Source of the DNA: an uncultured Clostridia bacterium | Lineage (GTDB): Bacteria > Bacillota > Clostridia > TANB77 > CAG-508 | Assembly: GCA_934162255.1 (NCBI GenBank) | Contig: CAKPIG010000004.1 | Span: 23,050 to 87,049, forward strand | Length of the DNA: 64,000 bases | Reading direction: 5' to 3' | Shown: one piece after another, positions 22,890 to 32,039 of the stretch | Numbering within the stretch: position 1 is the first letter of the stretch | Layout of the letters: every line of letters starts with the position of its first letter | Notes under the pieces: model-generated | What the model saw: only the letters and a program-made list of their open reading frames with translations | The model's database searches: none | What the model was told of the DNA's origin: nothing | Made by a program: the position numbers and the translations under genes

Positions 22890-24191
22890 ATGAATATTTT
22901 AGATATAATATCCAAAAAAAGAGACAGTAAGGAGTTAACAGAAGAAGAAATAAAATATTTTGTAAAAGAATATACAAATGGAAACATAAAAGACTATCAA
23001 GCAGCTGCACTTATTATGGCAATATATATAAATGGAATGAATGATAGAGAAATAACAGATCTTACTCTAGCAATGGCACATTCAGGTGAAATATTAGATT
23101 TATCAAAATTAGGAGCAAATATAGTTGATAAACATAGTACAGGAGGGGTTGGAGATAAGGTATCAATAATATTATTGCCAATAATTGCGTCTTTAGGAGT
23201 GCCTGTTGCAAAAATGTCTGGAAGAGGACTAGGATTTACAGGAGGTACTGTAGATAAATTAGAATCTATACCAGGATATAAAACAAATATAGAAATAGAA
23301 ACATTTATAAAAAGTGTTGAAAATATTGGGATAAGTATGATTGGTCAAACAATGAACTTGGCACCAGCAGACAAAAAAATATATGCTCTAAGAGATGTAA
23401 TAAGTTGTGTTGAAAATATACCATTAATAGCATCAAGTATTATGAGTAAAAAAATTGCAAGTGGAGCAAATAAAATAGTAATAGATGTAACAATAGGAAA
23501 AGGAGCATTTATGAAAACTAAAAAGGATGGAGAAATGCTTGCAGAGGAAATGATAAAAATAGGAAAGCTTGCAAATAAAGAAGTCAAATGTGTACTAACT
23601 GCAATGGATGAACCATTAGGGTTTTCAATAGGAAATTCACTAGAAATTATAGAAGCAGTGAATTTCTTAAAAGGTGATATGCCAGAAGACTTAAAAACAG
23701 TAGTATTGGAACTTGGTGCTCAGATGATAAAACTTGCTGGAAAAGGTCAAGACATTGAGAAAAATAAAGAAAATATGCTAAAAAATATAGAAAATCAAAA
23801 GGCATATAATAAGTTTTTGGAATTAGTAAAAAATCAAGGAGGAGATACTGGTTATATTGAAGATACAACAAAATTTCCTCAAGCTAAATATATAACAGCA
23901 ATTTCATCAAATAAAAATGGCTATGTTCAAGAAATAAATGCTGAAGAAATAGGAAAATTAGCATGTTATTTAGGAGCTGGAAGAACAAGAAAAGAAGATG
24001 AAATTCTACAAGATGTAGGAATAATACTAAATAAAAAAGTAGGAGATAAAGTAGAACAAGAAGATTTCTTAGCATATATATGTGCTGATGATGAAATAAA
24101 AAGCGAAGAAGCAGAAAAAAGAATATTAGAAATAATAAAAATAGAAGAACAAAAAATAGAAAAAAATCCAGTAATAATTGAAATAATATAA
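22890..24191 (+). CDS. pdp: pyrimidine-nucleoside (thymidine) phosphorylase
   Basis: 433 aa with HSTGGVGDK and SGRGLGFTGGT. Confidence 0.93.
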   Translation: MNILDIISKKRDSKELTEEEIKYFVKEYTNGNIKDYQAAALIMAIYINGMNDREITDLTLAMAHSGEILDLSKLGANIVDKHSTGGVGDKVSIILLPIIASLGVPVAKMSGRGLGFTGGTVDKLESIPGYKTNIEIETFIKSVENIGISMIGQTMNLAPADKKIYALRDVISCVENIPLIASSIMSKKIASGANKIVIDVTIGKGAFMKTKKDGEMLAEEMIKIGKLANKEVKCVLTAMDEPLGFSIGNSLEIIEAVNFLKGDMPEDLKTVVLELGAQMIKLAGKGQDIEKNKENMLKNIENQKAYNKFLELVKNQGGDTGYIEDTTKFPQAKYITAISSNKNGYVQEINAEEIGKLACYLGAGRTRKEDEILQDVGIILNKKVGDKVEQEDFLAYICADDEIKSEEAEKRILEIIKIEEQKIEKNPVIIEII

Positions 24192-24262
24192 ATTAATATA
24201 CATAATGTATTGAAAAAAATAATAAATATTGGTATAATAAAGAAGTAATGCAAGATGAAAGG

Positions 24263-24412
24263 ATGAAAAAAATGAAAAAAGAAGAAAAAATAAAAATTAA
24301 AGTAGATAAAAAGCAAATATTTGGAAAAGTAATGGCTGCAATCTTATTAGCAGCAATGCTTGTAGCATCATGCTCAACATGTATATATTACCTAGTATCA
24401 AATATAAAATAA
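24263..24412 (+). CDS. small hydrophobic Cys-containing peptide (about 47-50 aa) not in the ORF track
   Basis: ORF MKKMKKEEKIKIKVDKKQIFGKVMAAILLAAMLVASCSTCIYYLVSNIK. AAAGGA RBS. A promoter (TTGAAA, 17 nt, TATAAT) is shared with cdaA immediately downstream. Confidence 0.4.
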   Translation: MKKMKKEEKIKIKVDKKQIFGKVMAAILLAAMLVASCSTCIYYLVSNIK

Positions 24413-24427
24413 AAGGAGATGCATAGT

Positions 24428-25345
24428 ATGAATAATATATGGACTATGTTTAAAAACTTTTATGAAAATAATATATTATCACAAATACAATTATGGCAGG
24501 AATATCCAATAAAATTAATTACAGTAATATTAGACTTAACAATAGTTATTTTTTTGGCATATGAATTAATAAAAATAGTAAAAGATTCAAGGGCATGGCA
24601 ACTAGCAAAAGGAATAATATTCTTAATAGTTGCAACAGCACTAAGTAAAATATTAAATTTTACAATATTAAATTACATATTGTCAGCTGTAATGGACTGG
24701 GGAGTAATATTAATATTTATAGTATTTCAACCAGAAATAAGAAGGACGCTAGAACAGCTTGGTGGAAAAAATAGATTTACTAGGTTTTTTGGATTCGATA
24801 AAGACATTATAACAAGGACTAAAGAAGATATCTATAAAATTGTAATAGCAGTATATGAACTTGCAAAAAATAAAACAGGAGCATTAATTGTAATTGAAAG
24901 AGATATAGAAATAAAAGATATAGTAGCAACAGGAATACCTTTAAATGCAGAAGTATCACCTCAACTACTAGTAAACATATTTGTACCAAATACACCTTTA
25001 CATGATGGAGCTGTAGTAATAAGTAATAATAAAATTGTAGCTGCAGCATGTATGTTACCATTAGCAAGTGACCAAGATATTGCAAAAGAATTAGGAACCA
25101 GACATAGAGCAGGAATTGGAATTTCAAAAGAATCTGACAGTATTGCAGTAATAGTATCAGAAGAAACAGGAAAAGTATCTGTTGCAAAAGATGGAACATT
25201 AATTGCAGATGTAAGAGAAGATGCATTGAAAAAAATATTAATAAGCAATATAGTAACAAAAAGGTTAAATGAGGCTAGTGAAAATAAAAAAGTAAAAATA
25301 AAACAAAAAGTAAAAAATATATTTGTAAAACAAAATAAAGAATAA
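24428..25345 (+). CDS. cdaA: diadenylate cyclase CdaA (DisA_N domain, membrane-anchored)
   Basis: Three N-terminal TM helices. DAC motifs TGALIVIERD, DGAVVISNNKIVAAAC and GTRHRAGIGISKESDSIAVIVSEETG. No cdaR/glmM follows. Confidence 0.92.
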   Translation: MNNIWTMFKNFYENNILSQIQLWQEYPIKLITVILDLTIVIFLAYELIKIVKDSRAWQLAKGIIFLIVATALSKILNFTILNYILSAVMDWGVILIFIVFQPEIRRTLEQLGGKNRFTRFFGFDKDIITRTKEDIYKIVIAVYELAKNKTGALIVIERDIEIKDIVATGIPLNAEVSPQLLVNIFVPNTPLHDGAVVISNNKIVAAACMLPLASDQDIAKELGTRHRAGIGISKESDSIAVIVSEETGKVSVAKDGTLIADVREDALKKILISNIVTKRLNEASENKKVKIKQKVKNIFVKQNKE

Positions 25346-25367
25346 AACTAAAGACCGTTTAACCAAG

Positions 25368-25397
25368 AAGCGGTCTTTTATCTACAAGATTTAGAGA
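25368..25397 (+). terminator. rho-independent terminator after cdaA
   Basis: AAGACCG tttaaccaagaag CGGTCTT then TTTAT. Confidence 0.7.
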
Positions 25398-25413
25398 AAG
25401 AATGAGATTAAAT

Positions 25414-26151
25414 ATGAGAAATATAAAATTAACAATAGAATATGATGGAAAAGATTTTAATGGATGGCAAAAACAGCCCAATAAATTGAACATTCAAGGA
25501 ACAATAGAACAGGCAATAAAACAAATAACAGGAGAAGAAGTTGAGTTAAATGCATCAGGAAGGACAGATGCAGGAGTTCATGCACTTGGACAAGTTGCAA
25601 ACTTTAAGACAAATTCAAATATTCCAATAGAAAAAATAGCAATAGCAATAAATTCAAAATTAAAAAGATCAATTGTAATAAAAAGTGCTGAAGAAGTTGA
25701 TGAAAGATTTCATAGTAGACTTAATTGCAAGAAAAAAACATATAGATACATTATAAATAATAGTAAAGAGGGAAGTGCAATATATAGAAATTTAGAAACG
25801 CATATTCCTCAAAAATTAAATGTTGAAAAAATGAAACAAGCAATAAAATATTTTGAAGGAGAACATGATTTTAAAGCTTTTAAAGCAAGTGGAACAAGTA
25901 GCAAAAGCAGTGTAAGAAAAATTTATAATGCAGAAATTTATGAAAAAGATGATAGAATATATATAGAACTAACAGGAAATGGTTTTTTATATAATATGGT
26001 AAGAATAATTACAGGATCATTAGTGGAAGTAGGAATTGGAAAAATTTCGCCTGAAGAAATTCCTGAGATAATAAAACAAGGAAAAAGAGAAAATGCAGGA
26101 AAAACATTGCCGCCTAATGGATTATATTTAGTAAAGGTAATGTATGAGTAA
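25414..26151 (+). CDS. truA: tRNA pseudouridine(38-40) synthase TruA
   Basis: N-terminus MRNIKLTIEYDGKDFNGWQKQ. Catalytic GRTDAGVHA. The alternative upstream ATG is at 25402. Confidence 0.93.
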   Translation: MRNIKLTIEYDGKDFNGWQKQPNKLNIQGTIEQAIKQITGEEVELNASGRTDAGVHALGQVANFKTNSNIPIEKIAIAINSKLKRSIVIKSAEEVDERFHSRLNCKKKTYRYIINNSKEGSAIYRNLETHIPQKLNVEKMKQAIKYFEGEHDFKAFKASGTSSKSSVRKIYNAEIYEKDDRIYIELTGNGFLYNMVRIITGSLVEVGIGKISPEEIPEIIKQGKRENAGKTLPPNGLYLVKVMYE

Positions 26152-26205
26152 CAAAAATATAAGTAAAGTCATAAAATATAGCAAAAACATAGAAGGAGAT
26201 GAATT

Positions 26206-26592
26206 ATGACTTTACTTATATTTTTTTCGTTAACATTAACAGTAATATTTACATCAATTTTACTTAATAGACTTGTAAGATGTTCAATACTTGTAGCACT
26301 TACAACATTTTCAGCAATATTATTAGCTGCAACAATTCTTTCAAACACAACATTAATCATAGCTGCAGTAATACTTGGAATAATAGCATTTTTGGCAGCA
26401 TTTTTAGATTGTGTATTTATGAATTGTAAAATATTTGATAATAATAAATGTCTAACATGTAATAATCCTTTTGAAGATAATAGTGTAATAACAACAAATG
26501 ATACATTAACAATAATAAATAGTAATGGAGAAGTTGTAGGCAGAATTAATAATAATAATTCATGTGGATGTTGTAACAGAAGTTCAAGATAG
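26206..26592 (+). CDS. small membrane protein (3 predicted TM helices) with a Cys-rich soluble tail
   Basis: AGGAG RBS 7 nt before ATG. The C-terminal tail contains CLTCNNP and CGCCNRSS. It is followed by a hairpin terminator shared with the convergent tRNA. Confidence 0.6.
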   Translation: MTLLIFFSLTLTVIFTSILLNRLVRCSILVALTTFSAILLAATILSNTTLIIAAVILGIIAFLAAFLDCVFMNCKIFDNNKCLTCNNPFEDNSVITTNDTLTIINSNGEVVGRINNNNSCGCCNRSSR

Positions 26593-26647
26593 TAAAATAA
26601 AAAATAGTCTTTTTCGAGATTTTGAAAAAGGCTATTTTTATTTATTT

Positions 26648-26724
26648 TGGTAGCGAAGGGTGGATTCGAACCGCCGACCTGCCGGGTATGAACCGGATGC
26701 TCTAGCCAACTGAGCTACTTCGCC
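26648..26724 (-). tRNA. tRNA-Met (anticodon CAU; elongator-like loop TTCATAC), CCA encoded
   Basis: The reverse complement folds as a cloverleaf: acceptor GGCGAAG/CTTCGCT (G1-U72), D-arm GCTC/GAGC, anticodon stem CCGG/CCGG with loop UUCAUAC, T-loop TTCGAAT (C51-A63 mismatch), discriminator A and CCA. A consensus TTGACA-17-TATAAT promoter lies at 26743-26771 on the minus strand. Confidence 0.85.
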
Positions 26725-26742
26725 ATAAATATGACAATAACT

Positions 26743-26771
26743 ATTATAAAGGGTAAAATAATTTTTGTCAA
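26743..26771 (-). promoter_or_regulatory. consensus sigmaA promoter driving the tRNA-Met gene
   Basis: The minus strand reads TTGACA, a 17-nt spacer, then TATAAT. The -10 ends about 18 nt upstream of tRNA nt 1. Confidence 0.8.
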
Positions 26772-26872
26772 GAGATATTCTAAAAAAATCAAAAAATAGA
26801 TGTTTTATTCTTGATATTTTTTCATTTGCATAGTAAAATATAAATGAAAAATAGATGAAGGGAGAAAATATT

Positions 26873-29176
26873 TTGAAAAAGGAAAACATAGAGCAAGAAA
26901 TAAAACAAAAAGCGGAATATATAGGATTAGATTTAGAGCAAATACCTGAAACATTAAAACTAGTAGAAGACCTAAAATTTAAACCACCAGTTGGGCTAGA
27001 TGAAAAAAAATATAGACAATATAGATATATATCTCCAAAAGAAATAGAAATATTATTATCTCCTACAAATAGATTAGAAGATGTTAAAGAAAAGTACTCG
27101 CAAGCAAAACCATTGATAGCATATTTATTAAGAGACAATGAAGAAAATATAGAAAGAAACAATGTTTTCTTAAACATGTTAAAAGAAATTCAAATTGAAG
27201 ATATAGAAAAAATAGAAAAAGAACAACAAATATTAAATAAAAAAATTCCATTTAAAGTTAGATATCCAGGAAATTACTTATGGCAAATATATTATTCACA
27301 AGCATCAGACAAATATTTTATGATAGTTCCAACTGAAGATAAAGATTATTCAACATTTTTCTATGTGCTAAAAAAACAAGTTGAAAAGAAAAAAGCAGGG
27401 AAAATATTTGTGCCAATTAATAATGCAGATTATACTAAAGAATTATTGAATAAAACAGAAATACAAAGTTTAGAAAATTATTTATGGCTATTTACAAAAG
27501 ATTGGCCATCAATATATGAAGTATATGATAAAACTGAAAAAATAAGTCTACATATTGTTGGACAAACAGAAGTATATGGAAAAATAAAATCAGAATATAA
27601 AGTTAAATTAACAACAAAAATAGAAGCAACAAAATTCTTCAAACTAGTAAAAGCTTTATTCATATTAGAATCAGAATTACCAATGTACTATAAATTTGAA
27701 ACACAAATAGATAAACAAGGAAGTATAGAATTTTATTATCAGAATAAAAAAATAGAATATGATGAACTAAGTGATTGGGTAAATGAGCAATATAAAAGAT
27801 TACTAGAAATACAATCTGAATCAATAAAAGAAAATGCAAAATACAAAGAAAGATTACAAAAACTAAAACAACAATCAGAACAATTAGAAGCAGAATATAT
27901 ATCAAAAGAAAAACAAATATCAACATTTTTAGAATGCAAAAAAACATTTTTTGGAAAGGTAAAATATTTTTTCAAATATAGTGGCAAAAAGTCAAAAAAG
28001 AAAGAAGAAATCATAATAAACAAAAAAGAAATATTTAAAGAAGAATCAGAAAAAGTTGAAGATGAAGCAATAAAAAGACAATATACACTAGATGAGTTAC
28101 TAGAAAAAGGGAAAATAGCAAATGAAAAAGAAACTAATTTAAAAAATACAAAAATGGATATAAATGCACTAAAATTAAAAAATGTAAATCTAGTCAAAAA
28201 AATTGAAAATGCAACATCATTTATAAATGAAATAGATAGTCATAAAAAAAGTATATTTGAATTTTGGAAATATAGTAATAAAGATGAAGTACAAGCATTG
28301 GAAGAAGGAGAAGAAGAACCAATAAATGTAAAACCACATTCAAAAGTTTTCAATTATGAAGATGATTTTGAAGAATTTGGAAATACAATGGATAAAATTC
28401 AAAGAGAGATTTTTAATAAAGAAGAACTTGATAGTATTTATTTAGCAACAACAGAACAAGTAAAAATAATGAATAAATTGAAAACAAACACATTAGAACC
28501 AAAAGAACTTGAAAAATGGTTAAAACAAATAAAAAATGATTTGAAAAATGAAAAAGATCTAACAGAAGAAGATGTTTTAGACATATTTGGAGGACTATCA
28601 GAAGATACACAAAAAGTTGCTAAATTAGCAAATAAAACACATAGAGAACAACCAAAAAATAAATATTCAATATTAAGAATATCTAAAGCAACTCAAGCAG
28701 TTGATTATAAAGTTGCTTTAAATAATGCGACAAGAATAATAAATGATATAATTACAAAAAATAAAATATCACAAGAAATATTAGCATATATGTGTACAAT
28801 AGATGATGAAAATATAGATGTTAATGCAATAAATGTATTTAATTTGAATTCTGAAAGAGAACTAGAAAAAGCTCTAAAAGAAGAGGAAAGTTTAAAATTA
28901 AACTTATACAAAATGAATCTACAAAAAGGAACAAATATAATTGCATTCACAAATAGTATATATTATGATAATCAAAACAAAACATTACCATTAGGAATGG
29001 ATAGAGACACAAGAATAATTGTAAAATTAGCAGATATGGATTTACAATTAAATAATAAGAAAACAATTAGAATAGGAATGCTAGAAGATGAAGAAGATGC
29101 AGCTGCTAAGCTAATTATAAAAACAATAAACATAATAGAATATACAATAAAAGAAATAGAAAAAATAGCAGAATAA
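26873..29176 (+). CDS. large hypothetical coiled-coil protein (about 767 aa), cytoplasmic, no recognisable catalytic motif
   Basis: Probable TTG start at 26873 after the AAGGGAG RBS; the ORF-track start is 26855. Long Lys/Glu-rich heptad-like stretches in the middle. It lies directly upstream of era. Confidence 0.6.
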   Translation: MKKENIEQEIKQKAEYIGLDLEQIPETLKLVEDLKFKPPVGLDEKKYRQYRYISPKEIEILLSPTNRLEDVKEKYSQAKPLIAYLLRDNEENIERNNVFLNMLKEIQIEDIEKIEKEQQILNKKIPFKVRYPGNYLWQIYYSQASDKYFMIVPTEDKDYSTFFYVLKKQVEKKKAGKIFVPINNADYTKELLNKTEIQSLENYLWLFTKDWPSIYEVYDKTEKISLHIVGQTEVYGKIKSEYKVKLTTKIEATKFFKLVKALFILESELPMYYKFETQIDKQGSIEFYYQNKKIEYDELSDWVNEQYKRLLEIQSESIKENAKYKERLQKLKQQSEQLEAEYISKEKQISTFLECKKTFFGKVKYFFKYSGKKSKKKEEIIINKKEIFKEESEKVEDEAIKRQYTLDELLEKGKIANEKETNLKNTKMDINALKLKNVNLVKKIENATSFINEIDSHKKSIFEFWKYSNKDEVQALEEGEEEPINVKPHSKVFNYEDDFEEFGNTMDKIQREIFNKEELDSIYLATTEQVKIMNKLKTNTLEPKELEKWLKQIKNDLKNEKDLTEEDVLDIFGGLSEDTQKVAKLANKTHREQPKNKYSILRISKATQAVDYKVALNNATRIINDIITKNKISQEILAYMCTIDDENIDVNAINVFNLNSERELEKALKEEESLKLNLYKMNLQKGTNIIAFTNSIYYDNQNKTLPLGMDRDTRIIVKLADMDLQLNNKKTIRIGMLEDEEDAAAKLIIKTINIIEYTIKEIEKIAE

Positions 29177-29186
29177 TGGAGGAAAA

Positions 29187-30089
29187 ATGTCAGAATTTAA
29201 ATCAGGATTTGTAGCAATATTAGGAAGAACTAATGTGGGAAAATCTACATTAGTAAATCTACTAGTAGGAGAAAAGGTTGCTGCAACGGCAAATAAAGTG
29301 CAAACAACAAGAACTGCGATAAAAGGAATAGTTAATAGAGAAAATTCACAAATAATATTTATAGATACACCAGGAATACATAAACCAAAAACAAAATTAA
29401 ATGAAACAATGGTAGAAACATCTTTTGGAGTTATAAATGATATAGACTTAATTTTATTTGTAATAGAGGCGACAAGTGATGAAATAGGCAGAGGAGATAT
29501 GAGAATACTAGAAAAGATTAGAGAATCACACAAAAAAGCAATATTAATCATAAATAAAATTGATTTAGTAAAAAAAGAAAAATTATTAAATCTAATTGAT
29601 ATATATCAAAAAGAATATAATTTCGAAGCGGTAATACCAATATCTTCGCTAAAGGAAAAATATAAAGACATAATATTAGACGAAATAGAAAAGAACTTAA
29701 AACCAGGTCCAGCATATTATAGTAAAGAAGAATATACTGACCAAACAATGAGGCAACTTGCAGAAGAAACAATAAGAGAAAAAGCATTAATGCTTTTACA
29801 AGACGAAGTACCACATGGAATATATGTAGAAGTAGAAAAAATGAAATTCAGAAAAAATAAAAACAAAGAAGAAATTTATGATATTGAAGCTACTATATAC
29901 TGCTTAAGAAATTCTCATAAAGGAATAATAATAGGAAAAGATGGTGCAATGCTAAAGAAAATAGGAAGCCTAGCAAGAATAGAAATGGAACAAATCTTTG
30001 GAACAAAAGTAAACTTAAAAACATGGGTAAAAGTAAAAGAAGATTGGCAAGATGATAGCTCTATTGTTAAGCGTTTCAAGTTACAGTAG
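29187..30089 (+). CDS. era: GTPase Era
   Basis: G1 GRTNVGKST, G3 DTPG and G4 NKID, with a C-terminal KH domain. 300 aa. Confidence 0.96.
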   Translation: MSEFKSGFVAILGRTNVGKSTLVNLLVGEKVAATANKVQTTRTAIKGIVNRENSQIIFIDTPGIHKPKTKLNETMVETSFGVINDIDLILFVIEATSDEIGRGDMRILEKIRESHKKAILIINKIDLVKKEKLLNLIDIYQKEYNFEAVIPISSLKEKYKDIILDEIEKNLKPGPAYYSKEEYTDQTMRQLAEETIREKALMLLQDEVPHGIYVEVEKMKFRKNKNKEEIYDIEATIYCLRNSHKGIIIGKDGAMLKKIGSLARIEMEQIFGTKVNLKTWVKVKEDWQDDSSIVKRFKLQ

Positions 30090-30143
30090 ATTTCTGAATA
30101 GAATATAAAAAATTGCAAATGATAGAGATGAGGAAGTGAGTTT

Positions 30144-30299
30144 ATGATAAAAAAGATAGCATGGGATACCTTTAAAAATACAGGAGATGTTAACACATAT
30201 TTAGAACTTAAACAAATACAAAATGTAGAAGAACAAATACAAGAACAAAAGGTGAAACAAAATGGGGACAATAAAAACAAATGGAATAATAATTTCTGA
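30144..30299 (+). CDS. yqzL: YqzL-like small protein (51 aa) between era and recO; not in the ORF track
   Basis: MIKKIAWDTFKNTGDVNTYLELKQ... matches the YqzL signature W..F..TG..DTYL..KE. The era-yqzL-recO synteny is conserved in Firmicutes. Its 3' end overlaps the recO start. Confidence 0.6.
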   Translation: MIKKIAWDTFKNTGDVNTYLELKQIQNVEEQIQEQKVKQNGDNKNKWNNNF

Positions 30300-30972
30300 A
30301 AATAATTTAGGGGATTACGATAAAATGTTAACAATGTTAACACCAGGATTAGGCAAAATATCATGTGTAGCAAAGGGCGCTCGAAGGCAGAGAAGCGCCT
30401 TACTTGCAGGCACACAGTTTTTGTGCTTCGGAGAATACCTAATGTACAAAGGAGCAAATACATACAACATAAACTCATGTGAAACAATAGAAATTTTTTA
30501 TAACTTAAGAACAGACTTAGACAAACTAAATTATGCCGTAGAAACAACTAAAATAATAAGAGATGTAACTGATGAAAATCAAAATAGTTACAAAATATTA
30601 CAATTATATTTAAATACATTATATACATTGTCAGAAACAGACAAAAATCCAGAATTAGTAATAAGCATATTCAAACTAAAATTACTATGTTTTCTAGGAT
30701 TTATGCCGCAAGTACAAGAGTGTGTAGATTGCAAACAAAAAGAAAATTTAAGAAGTTTCAGTTTAAAAGACAATGGATTCAAATGTGAGGCTTGTGCAAG
30801 ACAAGATAAAAGTGCATTAACAATGTCTGAAAGCACAGCAAATGCTATAAAATATATAGTTATGGCACCAGCAAAAAAATTATTTTCATTTAAGTTAAAA
30901 GATGAATCTTTAAATGAATTAAAACTAATAACAAAATTATACTTCGAAGAAAAAGTAGAAAAAAACTATTAG
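30262..30972 (+). CDS. recO: DNA repair protein RecO
   Basis: An N-terminal OB-fold region and a Zn-finger CVDC...CEAC. 236 aa. Confidence 0.9.
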   Translation: MGTIKTNGIIISENNLGDYDKMLTMLTPGLGKISCVAKGARRQRSALLAGTQFLCFGEYLMYKGANTYNINSCETIEIFYNLRTDLDKLNYAVETTKIIRDVTDENQNSYKILQLYLNTLYTLSETDKNPELVISIFKLKLLCFLGFMPQVQECVDCKQKENLRSFSLKDNGFKCEACARQDKSALTMSESTANAIKYIVMAPAKKLFSFKLKDESLNELKLITKLYFEEKVEKNY

Positions 30973-31008
30973 ATATGGTAAAATTATTCTCAAAGGTAGG
31001 AGATAAAA

Positions 31009-31985
31009 TGGACGAGTTAGTTGATATATTAGTCACAACATATAATACAAATGAAAAATATTTAAAAAAGCAAATAGAAAGTATATTAAAACAAACATAT
31101 AAAAATATAAAAGTATATATAAGTGATGACAATTCCACTGACCCTAAGATTGCTGAAATATTAAAAAAATATAAAGAACAAGATAAAAGAATAGAATTAT
31201 ATATTCAACCTAAAAATTTAGGATATAATAAAAATTTTGAATTTTTACTAAAACAATCACAAGCAAACTACATAATGTTTTCAGACCATGATGATATATG
31301 GAATAAAGATAAAGTAGGAAAAAGTTTGAAAAGACTAAAAGAAAAAGATGTTGACATGGTATATTGTAATTGTAGGCAAATTGATGAAGATGGAATTGTT
31401 CTACATGATGACTATTTTAAATATAAAAATGTACCATTAGTTGAAGGAAAAAGCAAATTAGCTATTTCAAGATGTGTAGGGATTGGGTGTTCACAAATAA
31501 TAACTAAAAAAATAAAAGACAAAATGATTCCATTCAAAAACAATTTTATTGCACATGATTGGCTTTCTGCATTTATTGCAAATGAAGAAAATGGAATAAG
31601 TTACATTAAAGAACCTCTTTTTGATTATAGATTACATGCTACTAATGTTTTTGGAGGAAGAAGTTTAAATCAGAATCTAAGTAGATGGAAGCAAGAACAT
31701 GGACAAGACTATAAATCATTTGTAGAATATAGAAAAGATGCAATAAATAGAGCATATCTTGGAGGAATAAAGATGTGCAAGGAATATGTACATATAAAAA
31801 GTGATGAAGAGTTTATAAAAGAAGCGGAAAGATATTATAATAATCTTTTAGAGTCCACAAAAATTAATTGGAATTTGAAAGAGTTTTTTAAAATTTTATC
31901 AGGGAAAAATCAAGGTAAAAAGATGATTAGAGAAATAGTACTATTTCATTTCCCAATTTTAGGTTATTTAAAATTTAAAATATAA
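31009..31985 (+). CDS. family 2 glycosyltransferase
   Basis: DILVTTYNTNEKYLKKQIESILKQTYKNIKVYISDDNSTD (GT2 N-terminal signature) and a DxD-type FSDHDD. The start is at 31009 after AGGAGATAAA. Confidence 0.85.
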
Positions 31986-32039
31986 TAAAAAAATGAAACT
32001 TTTTTAAAATGGAGTTGTTTAATAAAAGGGGAGAGAAAT

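Noticed and set aside
26638-27177. 179-aa minus-strand ORF spanning the tRNA-Met gene
   Set aside because: It overlaps a clear tRNA and its promoter, and it runs antisense to the start of the coiled-coil protein gene. No RBS is present.
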